NCBI GenBank assembly: GCA_963675295.2
Contig: CAXXKJ010000002.1
Location: 32,001 to 96,000, forward strand
Length of the DNA: 64,000 nucleotides
Source: a bacterium
GTDB taxonomy: Bacteria; Electryoneota; Electryoneia; Electryoneales; Electryoneaceae
Reading direction: 5' to 3'
The notes below the pieces were generated by a model. That model had not been told where the DNA came from, did not search any database, and worked only from the letters and a program-made list of their open reading frames with translations. The position numbers and the translations under genes are program-made. Below, piece by piece: positions 1 through 9,651 of the stretch (position 1 is the stretch's first letter; each line of letters begins with the position of its first letter).

Positions 1-135
1 GATGCATTCGCATGTCGGTTGTCATGGTTCAGGCTGCGAAATGCGGTATTTGCCCCGAAGCCTGAAATCTGTTGTCAGTTGTCAGTTACTGACCACCAAC
101 CACCGATAGCCGATAACCTAGCCGATTACCGGCTA

Positions 136-528
136 TCACCCCGGAATGATCGAATCCTGATCGTCCAGGTTCAGCGTCAATCGTTCCGCACGTTCGACCA
201 CACCCGCATGCGGCACCATCGCGAACCGGTGCGCGACCCCCAGCTGTTGGAACCGCATCTCGACGAACCACGGCACCTCTGCCAGCACCAGGTCGCCGCC
301 CAGTTCCTGCAACCGGCGCTGCACCGCCAGCAACCCAGCGAACAGGGTGTAATGCAGGAATTTCATCGAGCCGAGGGTGAGCACAATCCGGCGCGCGCCC
401 TGATCAACCAGCCCGTCGAGGACTTCTTCCAACCCACCTTCGAGGTCCATGTCCAGTGCTTTGCCGCCATACACAAACGCCGTTTGCCCACGCATCCGCC
501 GTGCGTAACTGAGAAACTTCATCATCAC
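136..528 (-). CDS. STAS-domain protein (anti-sigma factor antagonist-like)
   Basis: ~130 aa; pattern 'GGKALDM...RIVLTLGSMKFL...LLAVQRRLQELGGDLVLA' fits the STAS/SpoIIAA fold; the usual D-S-S phospho-motif is replaced by HYT. Confidence 0.7.
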   Translation of the reverse strand: MMMKFLSYARRMRGQTAFVYGGKALDMDLEGGLEEVLDGLVDQGARRIVLTLGSMKFLHYTLFAGLLAVQRRLQELGGDLVLAEVPWFVEMRFQQLGVAHRFAMVPHAGVVERAERLTLNLDDQDSIIPG

Positions 529-1133
529 TCCGTCTGTTGTCTTGCCAACGCGTAAGGCAAGCGCCGTGCCGGAGTCTTAACGTTATAATATCAACATGTT
601 ATCATTCTTTCTGCGAGGGACTACAGGGTGAAAAAACGCTCCCAAGTGGGAGATTTCTGCCGGTCGCTTTTGCCGCTCGATGGACAGGGCCAGTACGCCG
701 CTAGCTTGGGAAACTTCAAGTGTTTACGCAACGATTTTGCCTCGCCAGCTTTATAGTCCGGCCTCCCTGTCTGCTTCCTTGCACTCTGTTAGTCGCCAGC
801 GTCTTTCCGCAAACCACCCGTTTTTGTACCCATTCAGCGGCTTCAGGGCAATCCAGCTCAAGATAATACACACGCTCTCTGTCCTGTAGCAGCAGCCAAC
901 AACCTGGCCAATCGATTAATAATAGTTAATCGCCTACTTTAACTTATTTCCTGACCACGCCTGCTGGAGAGGTCCACGCCTGATAGTCCTTTTGCGGCCG
1001 GAACGGGATCTGTCTCACCCGTGCGAGCGGGAGCGCCCCTGCCTGGCGGCGAATCGTGCGTTTTCCTTGTACCTTTGCTGCGATGACCGGCGCGTTGTGA
1101 TCGTCCGGGCCCGGTCCAATCCAGCAACCGACG

Positions 1134-2117
1134 ATGGTGCGCGGCATGAGAGAATCCATCAGCACCCTGACCCTTCCGGTGAACGATTTTCGTCTCACCA
1201 ACTGGCTGGCGAACACAACATCCAGCGACTACCAGGAGACCCTCGCACCGTGGGGGGTGGACGTCCAGGCGTTGCGCACCGCCCGGCTGCTCGGCGGCTT
1301 GGAGGGCGAAATCCGTGTCCTCGAGGAAGACGACGACCTGGTCGCTGTGCTCCGCACGCACCAGCTCAAATGGGACGAGGAAATCCTCGGCCGCCCGGTG
1401 ATCTGCATTGACGCTATGGCTGGCGGTAACATCGAGGAGAAACACCGCCTTCTGAGTCGCGTGGTGGTAACCCTGCGTCCCGGCCAGGGCCTGCTCACCG
1501 CCCGCATCCGTGGGGACGATTACCCGTCCATGCATGCCCTCGAAAGTGTCGGCTTCCGTGTCACCGACAGTCGCAACATCTTCCTCAAGGATTTCAGTCA
1601 GGATCGCGAACCGACGAGCATCACCGAACCTCGGTCAGGATTCATCCAACCATACAATCCGACCGATATGAAGATGCGGGCTACGCTGACACGTCTTGGG
1701 ACAAATGCGCTTCGTCACAGCCGGATCTACAACGACCCCTCGGTGCCACGCGAACGGGCGGACTACTTCTACGAAGCGCTGACGGAACGATTCCTGGATG
1801 ATCCGGACACGCTGGTATATGTCGCGACAGTGGATGACGAACATGTCGGCTTTGTGGTCGGTAAGGAAGATGCCGATGTTCATGAAGCCGGGGGGGTGAA
1901 ACTTGGCTATTTGTGGTTGATTACAGTAGATGAGGTGCACATGGGCAAGGGGCTCGGACTGGCACTTTATCAGACCTTCGAACAGGCGATGCGCGACAAG
2001 GTCACATTGCTCGAAGCGGGCGCACAAACCCATAATTACACCGTGCTCAACATCTTCACCCGCGCCAACCTGAAGCCGGTGTCGTCGCTGGTCACTTTTC
2101 ACGCGTGGATTGAATAA
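1134..2117 (+). CDS. GNAT-family N-acetyltransferase (WecD-like, nucleotide-sugar related)
   Basis: C-terminal GNAT motif 'LITVDEVHMGKGLGLAL'; 'SRIYNDP...ADYFYE' resembles WecD-type enzymes; sugar-gene context. Confidence 0.75.
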   Translation: MVRGMRESISTLTLPVNDFRLTNWLANTTSSDYQETLAPWGVDVQALRTARLLGGLEGEIRVLEEDDDLVAVLRTHQLKWDEEILGRPVICIDAMAGGNIEEKHRLLSRVVVTLRPGQGLLTARIRGDDYPSMHALESVGFRVTDSRNIFLKDFSQDREPTSITEPRSGFIQPYNPTDMKMRATLTRLGTNALRHSRIYNDPSVPRERADYFYEALTERFLDDPDTLVYVATVDDEHVGFVVGKEDADVHEAGGVKLGYLWLITVDEVHMGKGLGLALYQTFEQAMRDKVTLLEAGAQTHNYTVLNIFTRANLKPVSSLVTFHAWIE

Positions 2118-2203
2118 GCGACATCGATGTCCGAATTTCGTAGATGCCAGGCGGAATCGTTCGACAGTCAAGCGAATTCAGCGAGAAACGATAACTCTCA
2201 GCG

Positions 2204-2923
2204 ATGTTAAAGCCCACTGATCGCAAATCGGATACGCGTATCCAGAATTCCATTCTGGTACAGGTAAGCAAACAGGATGTGATTGACGAATACCAGCAGG
2301 CGTCCCGTCTGCCGGCTGCCTGGCAACGTTGCGTGTGGGGTGGAACAGAAAGCATGCTCGGCCGCTTTCGCTTCGGGCTGAGTGAACTGCCGTTTGATAC
2401 TGTGCGTTCATGGCTGGACGTTGGCTGCGGCGAAGCAGATTTCTTCGTCACGGCGGAAGAGCACGGCCACCGTTTCGAGCGGTTGGCCGGAGTCGACATC
2501 ACCCCCGCGATGATCGAGCGTGCTCGCGCCAAGTCATTGCAAAGTCCACATGAATTTCACATCGCAGATCTGGCCACTCTGCCGGACTCGTTGTCCGGGT
2601 TCGACCTGATCAGCATGCTGGGTGTGCTGCAGAAATGCGGCATGGATCCACGGGACGTATTTCACGCCCTGGCACCGCGCCTGAACAGTGGTGGCAGGTT
2701 TTACTTAACGACGAAGAACCGGCTCTGGTCGAAGTTCAGCGATGGATACCTGCAGCCGACCGTCGGGCACAGCTGGTACAATCCATATGAACTGGCGGAG
2801 ATCGCCGATGCTGCCGGCTTCAAATTGCACCGTCTGGGCGGTTTGCTTCCCCGTGAAGCACGCGAGGTTCCGGTGCAGGACTAGCAAACCGTATTCCTCA
2901 TTTTGACACGGACTGCCGCATGA
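2204..2923 (+). CDS. Class I SAM-dependent methyltransferase with an in-frame TAG at 2882-2884
   Basis: Motifs WLDVGCGEA, GVDITPAMIERAR and FDLI. The ORF track stops at TAG 2884, but the frame continues QTVFLILTRTAA to TGA 2921-2923, which overlaps the next ATG (ATGA). Confidence 0.7.
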
Positions 2924-3948
2924 GCCAACCGTGGACATTGACCGTCTTCACCGACTGCGGCGACACCTCCGGGTACGATCGATTGCGCCGCTGTAAAGCC
3001 GTCGTCGACGAAGTCTTCTCCGCAATTACGGACACGCGTGTCCGTTATTTGCTGCCTGACGGTTGCGAACCAGGGTCCCTTGTTGACAAGCGAGCGGAAA
3101 TCAAGCACTTCAACGAATCCGGGTTGCAAGCGATCGTCCATGCATGCAAGCCCGGGGACGGCCCGATCCTGATTGATAGCAACCAGCTCGACGAGACGGG
3201 CCAGCAAGTTCTCCGTGCAGCGGGGTATTGCCTCGTGCAATTCACGGACGGTCCGCTCTTTGACCATTTCACCGCGTCGCTGGTGATCGACAGTTCGCCA
3301 GCCGCATTGTCCGCGCAATATGTCGGCGAACCCGATACCGTCTTCCTGCTTGGACCGGTCTATTTCCCGTTACGAAACACCGTTCGTGAGGTTGCCCCGC
3401 GTGACGAACAGCCAGACGAGGCGAAACATTTGCTTATCGCCTTCGGCGGCAGCGACACCGAGGACACGGCTGCCCGTGTGTTGCAGATCGCACGTGAGGA
3501 CGACTTCTGGACACAAATTACCGTGATCCTCGGGCCGGGCTATCGGGGTACGCTGAAGGAAGCAAACACAGCGTCAGACCGAGTTGAGATCCTGAGAGAT
3601 CCTGCTGATTTTGCAGGTAACGTTCGCCATGCCGATTTAGCGGTGTGCGATGCAGGGCTGACTGCCTGGGATATTGCCTGGCTCGGAGTTCCAATGCTAC
3701 AGCTTGTAGTGAGTGACGATCAGCTGCTCAACGCCTCCACCTTTAGCAATAGCCAGGCTGCGGTCAACCTTGGCAAACTGGACGAGTTCGACGCCGACTG
3801 GATTCGCCAGGCATTGGCCGAAGTCCGTACGGACAAGCTTCTTCGCACCATGCTGGCGGACAATGGCAAAGCGCTTTTCGATGGTCATGGTGCGGAGCGT
3901 ATTGCGCAGGAGATCGCCCACTTGTGGTTGCGATGGAATAACGGATAA
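2920..3948 (+). CDS. PseG/SpsG-like GT-B fold protein (UDP-sugar hydrolase family)
   Basis: LLGPVYFPLR, LLIAFGGSD, ADLAVCDAGLTAWD and FDGHGAERIA motifs typical of PseG/SpsG; the N-terminal GxGH motif reads GYDR. Confidence 0.75.
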   Translation: MSQPWTLTVFTDCGDTSGYDRLRRCKAVVDEVFSAITDTRVRYLLPDGCEPGSLVDKRAEIKHFNESGLQAIVHACKPGDGPILIDSNQLDETGQQVLRAAGYCLVQFTDGPLFDHFTASLVIDSSPAALSAQYVGEPDTVFLLGPVYFPLRNTVREVAPRDEQPDEAKHLLIAFGGSDTEDTAARVLQIAREDDFWTQITVILGPGYRGTLKEANTASDRVEILRDPADFAGNVRHADLAVCDAGLTAWDIAWLGVPMLQLVVSDDQLLNASTFSNSQAAVNLGKLDEFDADWIRQALAEVRTDKLLRTMLADNGKALFDGHGAERIAQEIAHLWLRWNNG

Positions 3949-4014
3949 GCGTGTCCGATTTAATAGCAGTCTCAATAGGGAATACAGACTGGACCGACTG
4001 AACCTTGACGGGGA

Positions 4015-6681
4015 GTGACCTTGGCAGTGAACAAGACTCTGGACAACATCGGTTGGATTGACCGTCCCGCCCTGCTCGGCGGTACACCCCACATCACGCG
4101 TGACTGGCCGCCCTTCAATACCATCGGTGCGGACGAGCAGCGCGAAGTGCTGGATGTCCTGGAAAGTGGTGTATTGTCAGCGTTTCACGCTTCTCCTGGC
4201 GAACAATTCCTCGGCGGATCAAAAGTCCAGAGTCTTGAGCAAGCGTGGACGAACCGCTTCAGGGTCAAACATGCTGTTTCGATGAATTCCGCTACATCCG
4301 CGCTGTATGCCGCTGTTGCCGCATGTGCCATCGGCCCGGGCGATGAAGTGATTACCCATCCGTTCGCCGCCCCCTCCGCCGTCTCGGCTATCCTCGGTAA
4401 CGGTGCGATTCCGATTTTCGCCGACATTGATCCGAAAACCCAGAATCTTGATCCGGAATCAGTCAAACAGCGTATTACACCATTGACCAAGGCGATTCTA
4501 GCAGTGCATGTGAGCGGCCTTCCGACACGGATGAAACCGCTGCTTGAAGTCGCACAAGAACAAAACCTGCGGGTGATTGAGGATACAGCTCAGAGCGCTG
4601 CCGCGACGTGTCACGGTAAACTTGCCGGCACCCTCGGCGACATCGGCGTGTTCAGCCTCAACAGCCGGAAGATTATCCAGTCCGGTGAAGGTGGCATTGC
4701 CGTAACCAACGATGATGATCTGGCTTTACGCTTGCAACTCGTTCGGAATCATGGCGAACAACTGATCGCATCAATGCAGCTCGACCCGGACATCACCCTG
4801 ATTGGGTTCAATTTCCGGATGACTGAGCTGGAGGCAGCGGTCGCTGTCCGGCAGCTCGAAAAACTGGATGAGTTAAACGGTTGGAGCATTCGCCTCGCCA
4901 ACCATCTCACTCGACGAATCGAGCAGGAATTTGAATGCCTGACACCACCACTCGTCCCGGACGGATTCACGCACGTCTACTACAACTATCCGATGCAGTT
5001 CGATGCTGACGTGGCAGGAATGTCTTTGGACCTGTTCGTCGAGGCGGTAAACGCGGAGGGTGTGCCGCTTAGTGCCAGACAGGTGAAGATGCTATATCGT
5101 CTTCCCCTGTTTCAACGACGCAGCACGAAGGGCGATTCCGGTTATCCATTCGGGGACGCGTGGTATCGCGGGAACGCGTCCTACGACGATGGGATCTGCC
5201 CCAATGCGGAAGCACTGACCGGCCGGTTGTTAACGCTGGATACTATCATCCGCTCGCCGAACAGCATTGACGACATGGACCGTGTCGTTGAAACGTTCGC
5301 AAAAGTGCTGCTGTTCAAGAAGGAGCTCGTCGCGTGGGACGAAGACGGACGACCCGACCCGAAACCGTTCCTGAAAAAAACGGCTTCCAAACCTGTAACG
5401 CCGAAATCAGAATCCACCCCAGTCGCAACCACCCAATCCACTTCTGAACCCACTTCCCGCCCCACAAAGAAGCAGGTACACCTGGACGAAGCCGAGCTGC
5501 TTTTACCAGAGGAAGAGGACACGGCTCCGGATGTTGAAACCACTATTCGTGTGGCGATGGGCACCCAGTCCACTGACGGCGCGAATGCGCTGGCGCCAGT
5601 GGCTGAAGTATTGCTCGAACGTCCCGATGTAGAACTCCATATCGCGGTGGCAGGGAGTGCGATTCCGATTTTCCGTCAACGGTTTCGCACGGACATTCGC
5701 GAGATGATTCCCGGCACCAATGTCTACAAGCCATACGACGAGCATGTGGACACATGGCTCGGCGAAATCCAGCCGGATATTGTAGTTACAGCCCTGACTG
5801 GATCACACACGTGGTTGGATTATGCGTTGCAGCGTGCCGCGAAGGCACGCGGAATCAAGACCGCCGCCGTGCTCGACGCCTGGACCGATTATTCCGGCCG
5901 GTTACAGGACGATGACGGCGAACCGTTCCACTACCTGCCCGCGAAATATGGGATGCCGGATTTCACGACAGCTCTCGAACACGCAGAACTGGGTGTTCCC
6001 AAGCAGAACCTGCAGCTTATCGGCCACCCGATGCACACCGACCTGAAGCGATTCATTCCGCGTTGGCGGGAAATGCGCGATCGTATCCGCGGCTGGATCG
6101 AAGTTGGACGCGATATCGACGTCATCGTCTTTATTTCCGAACCGCTGACGCAGGCCGTCGAAGCCGGCGCGATTCCAAGCCCGGGGTATGATGAATTCGA
6201 CGCACTGAACACCGTCGCTGTCGCACTGGCGCAGCTGTACCGCAAACGCAAGTGTATCCTTGCAGTGCTGGAGTTTCGCCATGAGCGTACGTTCGGCGAT
6301 CGTCTGCAGGGCGGCGAATTGGGCGGTGTGCGCGTCGTTGATGTTACCGACAGCGAACCGGAAACGCTGGACTGGCTGCTCGGTGCAGATGTGGTTGTCG
6401 GCATGTCCAGTTCGCTGCTGGTCCACAGTGCGTGCGCGGGAATTCACACGCTGATCGTGCAGCCGAACCTCCAGCGTGACCGCGACCGCAATCCGCTCAC
6501 CCGTCGCGGGCTGCTGCCCATCCTGGAGTCCACCGACGATGTGATTGACGAGCTCAAGCGTCACGGCGACCCCGACAAACGCCGGCTCGCCGCGATCCGC
6601 AAGGAGTTCCGCTGGAACCAGGACGCCGCAAAGAAAGCTGCCGCCATGGTTGTGGACCTCGGCAAACCGGATGCAGAGTAG
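4015..6681 (+). CDS. DegT/DnrJ PLP aminotransferase fused through a P/T/S/K-rich linker to a GT-B-like domain
   Basis: N-terminal MNSATSAL, VIEDTAQS, FSLNSRKIIQSGEGG and GFNFRM motifs; C-terminal ~380 aa with IGHP and ADVVVGMSSSLLVHS. Confidence 0.8.
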   Translation: MTLAVNKTLDNIGWIDRPALLGGTPHITRDWPPFNTIGADEQREVLDVLESGVLSAFHASPGEQFLGGSKVQSLEQAWTNRFRVKHAVSMNSATSALYAAVAACAIGPGDEVITHPFAAPSAVSAILGNGAIPIFADIDPKTQNLDPESVKQRITPLTKAILAVHVSGLPTRMKPLLEVAQEQNLRVIEDTAQSAAATCHGKLAGTLGDIGVFSLNSRKIIQSGEGGIAVTNDDDLALRLQLVRNHGEQLIASMQLDPDITLIGFNFRMTELEAAVAVRQLEKLDELNGWSIRLANHLTRRIEQEFECLTPPLVPDGFTHVYYNYPMQFDADVAGMSLDLFVEAVNAEGVPLSARQVKMLYRLPLFQRRSTKGDSGYPFGDAWYRGNASYDDGICPNAEALTGRLLTLDTIIRSPNSIDDMDRVVETFAKVLLFKKELVAWDEDGRPDPKPFLKKTASKPVTPKSESTPVATTQSTSEPTSRPTKKQVHLDEAELLLPEEEDTAPDVETTIRVAMGTQSTDGANALAPVAEVLLERPDVELHIAVAGSAIPIFRQRFRTDIREMIPGTNVYKPYDEHVDTWLGEIQPDIVVTALTGSHTWLDYALQRAAKARGIKTAAVLDAWTDYSGRLQDDDGEPFHYLPAKYGMPDFTTALEHAELGVPKQNLQLIGHPMHTDLKRFIPRWREMRDRIRGWIEVGRDIDVIVFISEPLTQAVEAGAIPSPGYDEFDALNTVAVALAQLYRKRKCILAVLEFRHERTFGDRLQGGELGGVRVVDVTDSEPETLDWLLGADVVVGMSSSLLVHSACAGIHTLIVQPNLQRDRDRNPLTRRGLLPILESTDDVIDELKRHGDPDKRRLAAIRKEFRWNQDAAKKAAAMVVDLGKPDAE

Positions 6682-6722
6682 TGTTTCTGAGCGTTCTACA
6701 GACTGGTCAGGCCTCGACAATA

Positions 6723-6746
6723 AAAACGGACACGCGTGTCCGTTTT
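6723..6746. terminator. Perfect 24-bp palindrome between convergent genes; possible bidirectional terminator or protein-binding site
   Basis: AAAACGGACACG|CGTGTCCGTTTT; A/T tails on both sides. Confidence 0.55.
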
Positions 6747-6772
6747 AAGTATCGCGGCAAATGATCAACGGT

Positions 6773-7462
6773 TCAAACAGTGAGTGCGGCTCGAATATGG
6801 TTCTCAAACGCGGCGATATTTGCCGCCACATCGCCCTTATAAATCGCTGATCCAGCGACCAGTTCGTCCGCACCGTGCCGGACCAGCACGCCAGCATTTG
6901 CCGGCGTAACGCCGCCATCAACCTGCAGACGGGCGTCCGACCCATGTGCCTCGATCAGCCGCGCCACCTTGTGCACCTTGTCCAGACCTTCCGGGATGAA
7001 TTTTTGCCCGCCCCAGCCAGGATTGACCGTCATGATCAACACGCGGTCAACCAGCGGCATCACGTAACGCAACGATTCCGTCACCGGCGTCGCTGGATTC
7101 AACGACACACCAGCCTCGCAACCCGCATCACGAATCATTCCGAGGACGCGGTGCAGATGCGCGGTCGCTTCGACGTGCACCGTAATCCCTTTCACACCGG
7201 CCTTTGCGAACGCCTCAATCTGCTTTTCCGGTTCCACGATCATCAGGTGCGCATCAACTCGCGCGCCGGTCGCATCAACCACCGCCTTCGTGACATCCGC
7301 ACCGAACGTGATCGGCGGAACAAACTGACCGTCCATCACATCCGCGTGCAGGCCGTGAGCGCCGGCACTCAGTGCCCGATGTGCCTCCTCGCCCAGTTTT
7401 GCAAAATCTGCCGCAAGCAAGGATGGGAGAATGCGAACCTGATGTTTCGAGATGCTGTTCAT
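6773..7462 (-). CDS. rpe: Ribulose-phosphate 3-epimerase
   Basis: ILPSLLAADF, HADVMDGQFVP, DAHLMI, MTVNPGWGGQKFI and VDGG motifs; probable ATG at 7462. Confidence 0.95.
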   Translation of the reverse strand: MNSISKHQVRILPSLLAADFAKLGEEAHRALSAGAHGLHADVMDGQFVPPITFGADVTKAVVDATGARVDAHLMIVEPEKQIEAFAKAGVKGITVHVEATAHLHRVLGMIRDAGCEAGVSLNPATPVTESLRYVMPLVDRVLIMTVNPGWGGQKFIPEGLDKVHKVARLIEAHGSDARLQVDGGVTPANAGVLVRHGADELVAGSAIYKGDVAANIAAFENHIRAALTV

Positions 7463-7510
7463 GAACTCGGTCTCTCGCACGATTAGTGTTAAATCGGACA
7501 AGCGTGTCGT

Positions 7511-8353
7511 TTATTCGCCGTCCACCGCAGTCAACGAGTCCAACCGTGCAGCTTCCGCCCTCGCCCGCAGGGTGTCTGGATGCACCCAGCCCTCCGGATA
7601 GTTGACCTCGAGACGCACTCGGCTACGGCGCTGCACGCTGCTTTTCGGCGCCGGAATCTGGTTCATAACCGCGCCTTTACGTCGTCCGACGTATTTGTCA
7701 TACGTCACCGATCCGACCCGTAGACCAGACTTCAGGATCAGGTAGCGTGCTTGTTCGAACGGCAGATCCAGCACATCCGGCACAATGTATTGACGCGGCT
7801 CCTTGCCGAGGCTGACGGTAATCTCGGCAGGAGATTCACGTTGCAACACGATCCCCGAATCAGGCTGTTGCGACATCACCTGGTTTTCGAAAACGGAATC
7901 ACTGAACGCGTAGTAGATCGTATCAACCACTAACCCTTGCGCTTCCAACTGCAAGACAGCCGCCTCGCGCGCCATCCCGACCACGTACGGCACATCGGTC
8001 ATCGGTGTTCCAGCAGCAACAATCACGTGCACACGCCGTCCCGGCTTCGCTTCCACGCCGGGCAGCGGGAACTGCTCGAGCACGGTTCCCTGGGCGATTT
8101 CCGCTTCGAATCGTTCGTCCTGAACGAACACTTTCACGTGTTCCTTTTTCGCCACCTTTTCCGCTTCCTCTTGGGACAAACCGCGCAGATCGGGAACCGT
8201 AATTTCGCTCCAATTACGGATATAAATCGGCATTACAACCTGGTTCAGGAACAGCACGAAGACAACCCAGACCCCGAGAATGAGACCGATTCGGACCGCC
8301 CACGCACCGATGTTGCGAAACAGGTTCGAGGAACTCACAGTGTTCGCCTCCAA
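7511..8353 (-). CDS. Membrane-anchored PASTA-domain protein (3 repeats)
   Basis: N-terminal TM helix; VPDLRG, VPYVVG and VPDVLD repeats, each with a Q-x-P motif; lies between rsmB and rpe. Confidence 0.9.
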   Translation of the reverse strand: MEANTVSSSNLFRNIGAWAVRIGLILGVWVVFVLFLNQVVMPIYIRNWSEITVPDLRGLSQEEAEKVAKKEHVKVFVQDERFEAEIAQGTVLEQFPLPGVEAKPGRRVHVIVAAGTPMTDVPYVVGMAREAAVLQLEAQGLVVDTIYYAFSDSVFENQVMSQQPDSGIVLQRESPAEITVSLGKEPRQYIVPDVLDLPFEQARYLILKSGLRVGSVTYDKYVGRRKGAVMNQIPAPKSSVQRRSRVRLEVNYPEGWVHPDTLRARAEAARLDSLTAVDGE

Positions 8354-9651
8354 CGTGTGACAAACGCTCCGTCCACTTTGTCGCGTGGTGGCCAGGTGGC
8401 TGCGATTCCGATTTCACCACGCACCGCTTGCGGGATCGTTTCCGGCAGGTCTTCGCGCTCGAACTCACCTGAGAATCGTTTGTCGAAGGCACGCACCCGC
8501 TTTTCGTTTTCGGAAGGTTCCAGGCTGCACGTGCTGTACACCAGCACGCCGCCCGGCTTGACAAGTTTCGCGGCTCGGTTCAACAGTTGCCGCTGTACTT
8601 TGGCCATGTGATCCACCTGCAACGGCGAGTGGTGGATCAGCAGATCGGCACGCCGGTGCGCGACACCGGTTCCGGAGCAGGGGACGTCGATCAGCACCCG
8701 GTCAAACGCTACCGCCTCAAACTTCACCACATCCTCGGTGATCACCTCGACCGCGTCATGCCCCAACCGGTGCAGTGTTTCCCGCGTTAAATGATTGCGC
8801 TTCATGCTCTTATCAACCGCGATTAGCGTGCCCTCACCATGCATCATTTCCCAGATCAGCGCAGTTTTTCCGCCCGGCGCGCAACACAGGTCAAGGACGC
8901 GTTCGCCTGGACGAGGGTCCAGCACCCGCACCGAAAGTGACGGCGCCGGGTCCTGCACCGTGGTGACACCATGTTCAAACGACGGCAGTTCAGCAGGGCG
9001 CACATCCCGTGCATACACTGACCCCGGCCAATCGGGCAGCACATCGAACTCGACACCTTCAGCAGTCAGGATTTCGTGCCACTGTTCGTCTGATTCCGTA
9101 CGCAGCAAATTGCGCCGCAATCCTACTGGTGGAACGGTTTTGTAAAAGTGGACAAGCGTGTCCGTTTTATCGTCACCCCACTGTTGCCGCCAGTGTTCGC
9201 GCCAGCGATGCAGCGGTGTGCCCTTGTGCGTAAACGCATCAACCGGCCGTTCCTGTGGCGGTTGACGCAATGCGGATCGCAGGACGGCGTTCACCAGTCC
9301 GCCTCCATTGTTGCCCGCAATGTGACGGGCGTGTTCGACGGCTTCGTTCACCGCCGCGTGATCGGGAATCCGGTCGAGATTCCGCAGTTGGTACAACGCT
9401 ACCTCGAGAATCGGCAGCAAACCGGGCTTCAGCTTCTTCAGCGGCGGATTGACCAGTTTCGCCAGCTCGACGTGCAACGCTGCCTGGTTCCGTGCCACGC
9501 CATACACCAGCTCAGTGACCAGCCCTCGGTCGCGTTCGTCCAGCTCGACCTTGCTCAGGTGACGGTCTCGGACCTCGTCGATCTTGCCTTTTTTCGTCGC
9601 CCATTCGGTCAGGATTTCGGCGGCGACACGACGTGCGCTGGTGGGTTTCAC
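8335..9651 (-). CDS. rsmB: 16S rRNA (C967-C5)-methyltransferase RsmB/Sun
   Basis: NusB-like N-terminus (AAVNEAV, LVNAVLR); VLDLCCAPGGKT, DVPCSGTG and VYSTCS motifs. Confidence 0.92.
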   Translation of the reverse strand: MKPTSARRVAAEILTEWATKKGKIDEVRDRHLSKVELDERDRGLVTELVYGVARNQAALHVELAKLVNPPLKKLKPGLLPILEVALYQLRNLDRIPDHAAVNEAVEHARHIAGNNGGGLVNAVLRSALRQPPQERPVDAFTHKGTPLHRWREHWRQQWGDDKTDTLVHFYKTVPPVGLRRNLLRTESDEQWHEILTAEGVEFDVLPDWPGSVYARDVRPAELPSFEHGVTTVQDPAPSLSVRVLDPRPGERVLDLCCAPGGKTALIWEMMHGEGTLIAVDKSMKRNHLTRETLHRLGHDAVEVITEDVVKFEAVAFDRVLIDVPCSGTGVAHRRADLLIHHSPLQVDHMAKVQRQLLNRAAKLVKPGGVLVYSTCSLEPSENEKRVRAFDKRFSGEFEREDLPETIPQAVRGEIGIAATWPPRDKVDGAFVTRWRRTL

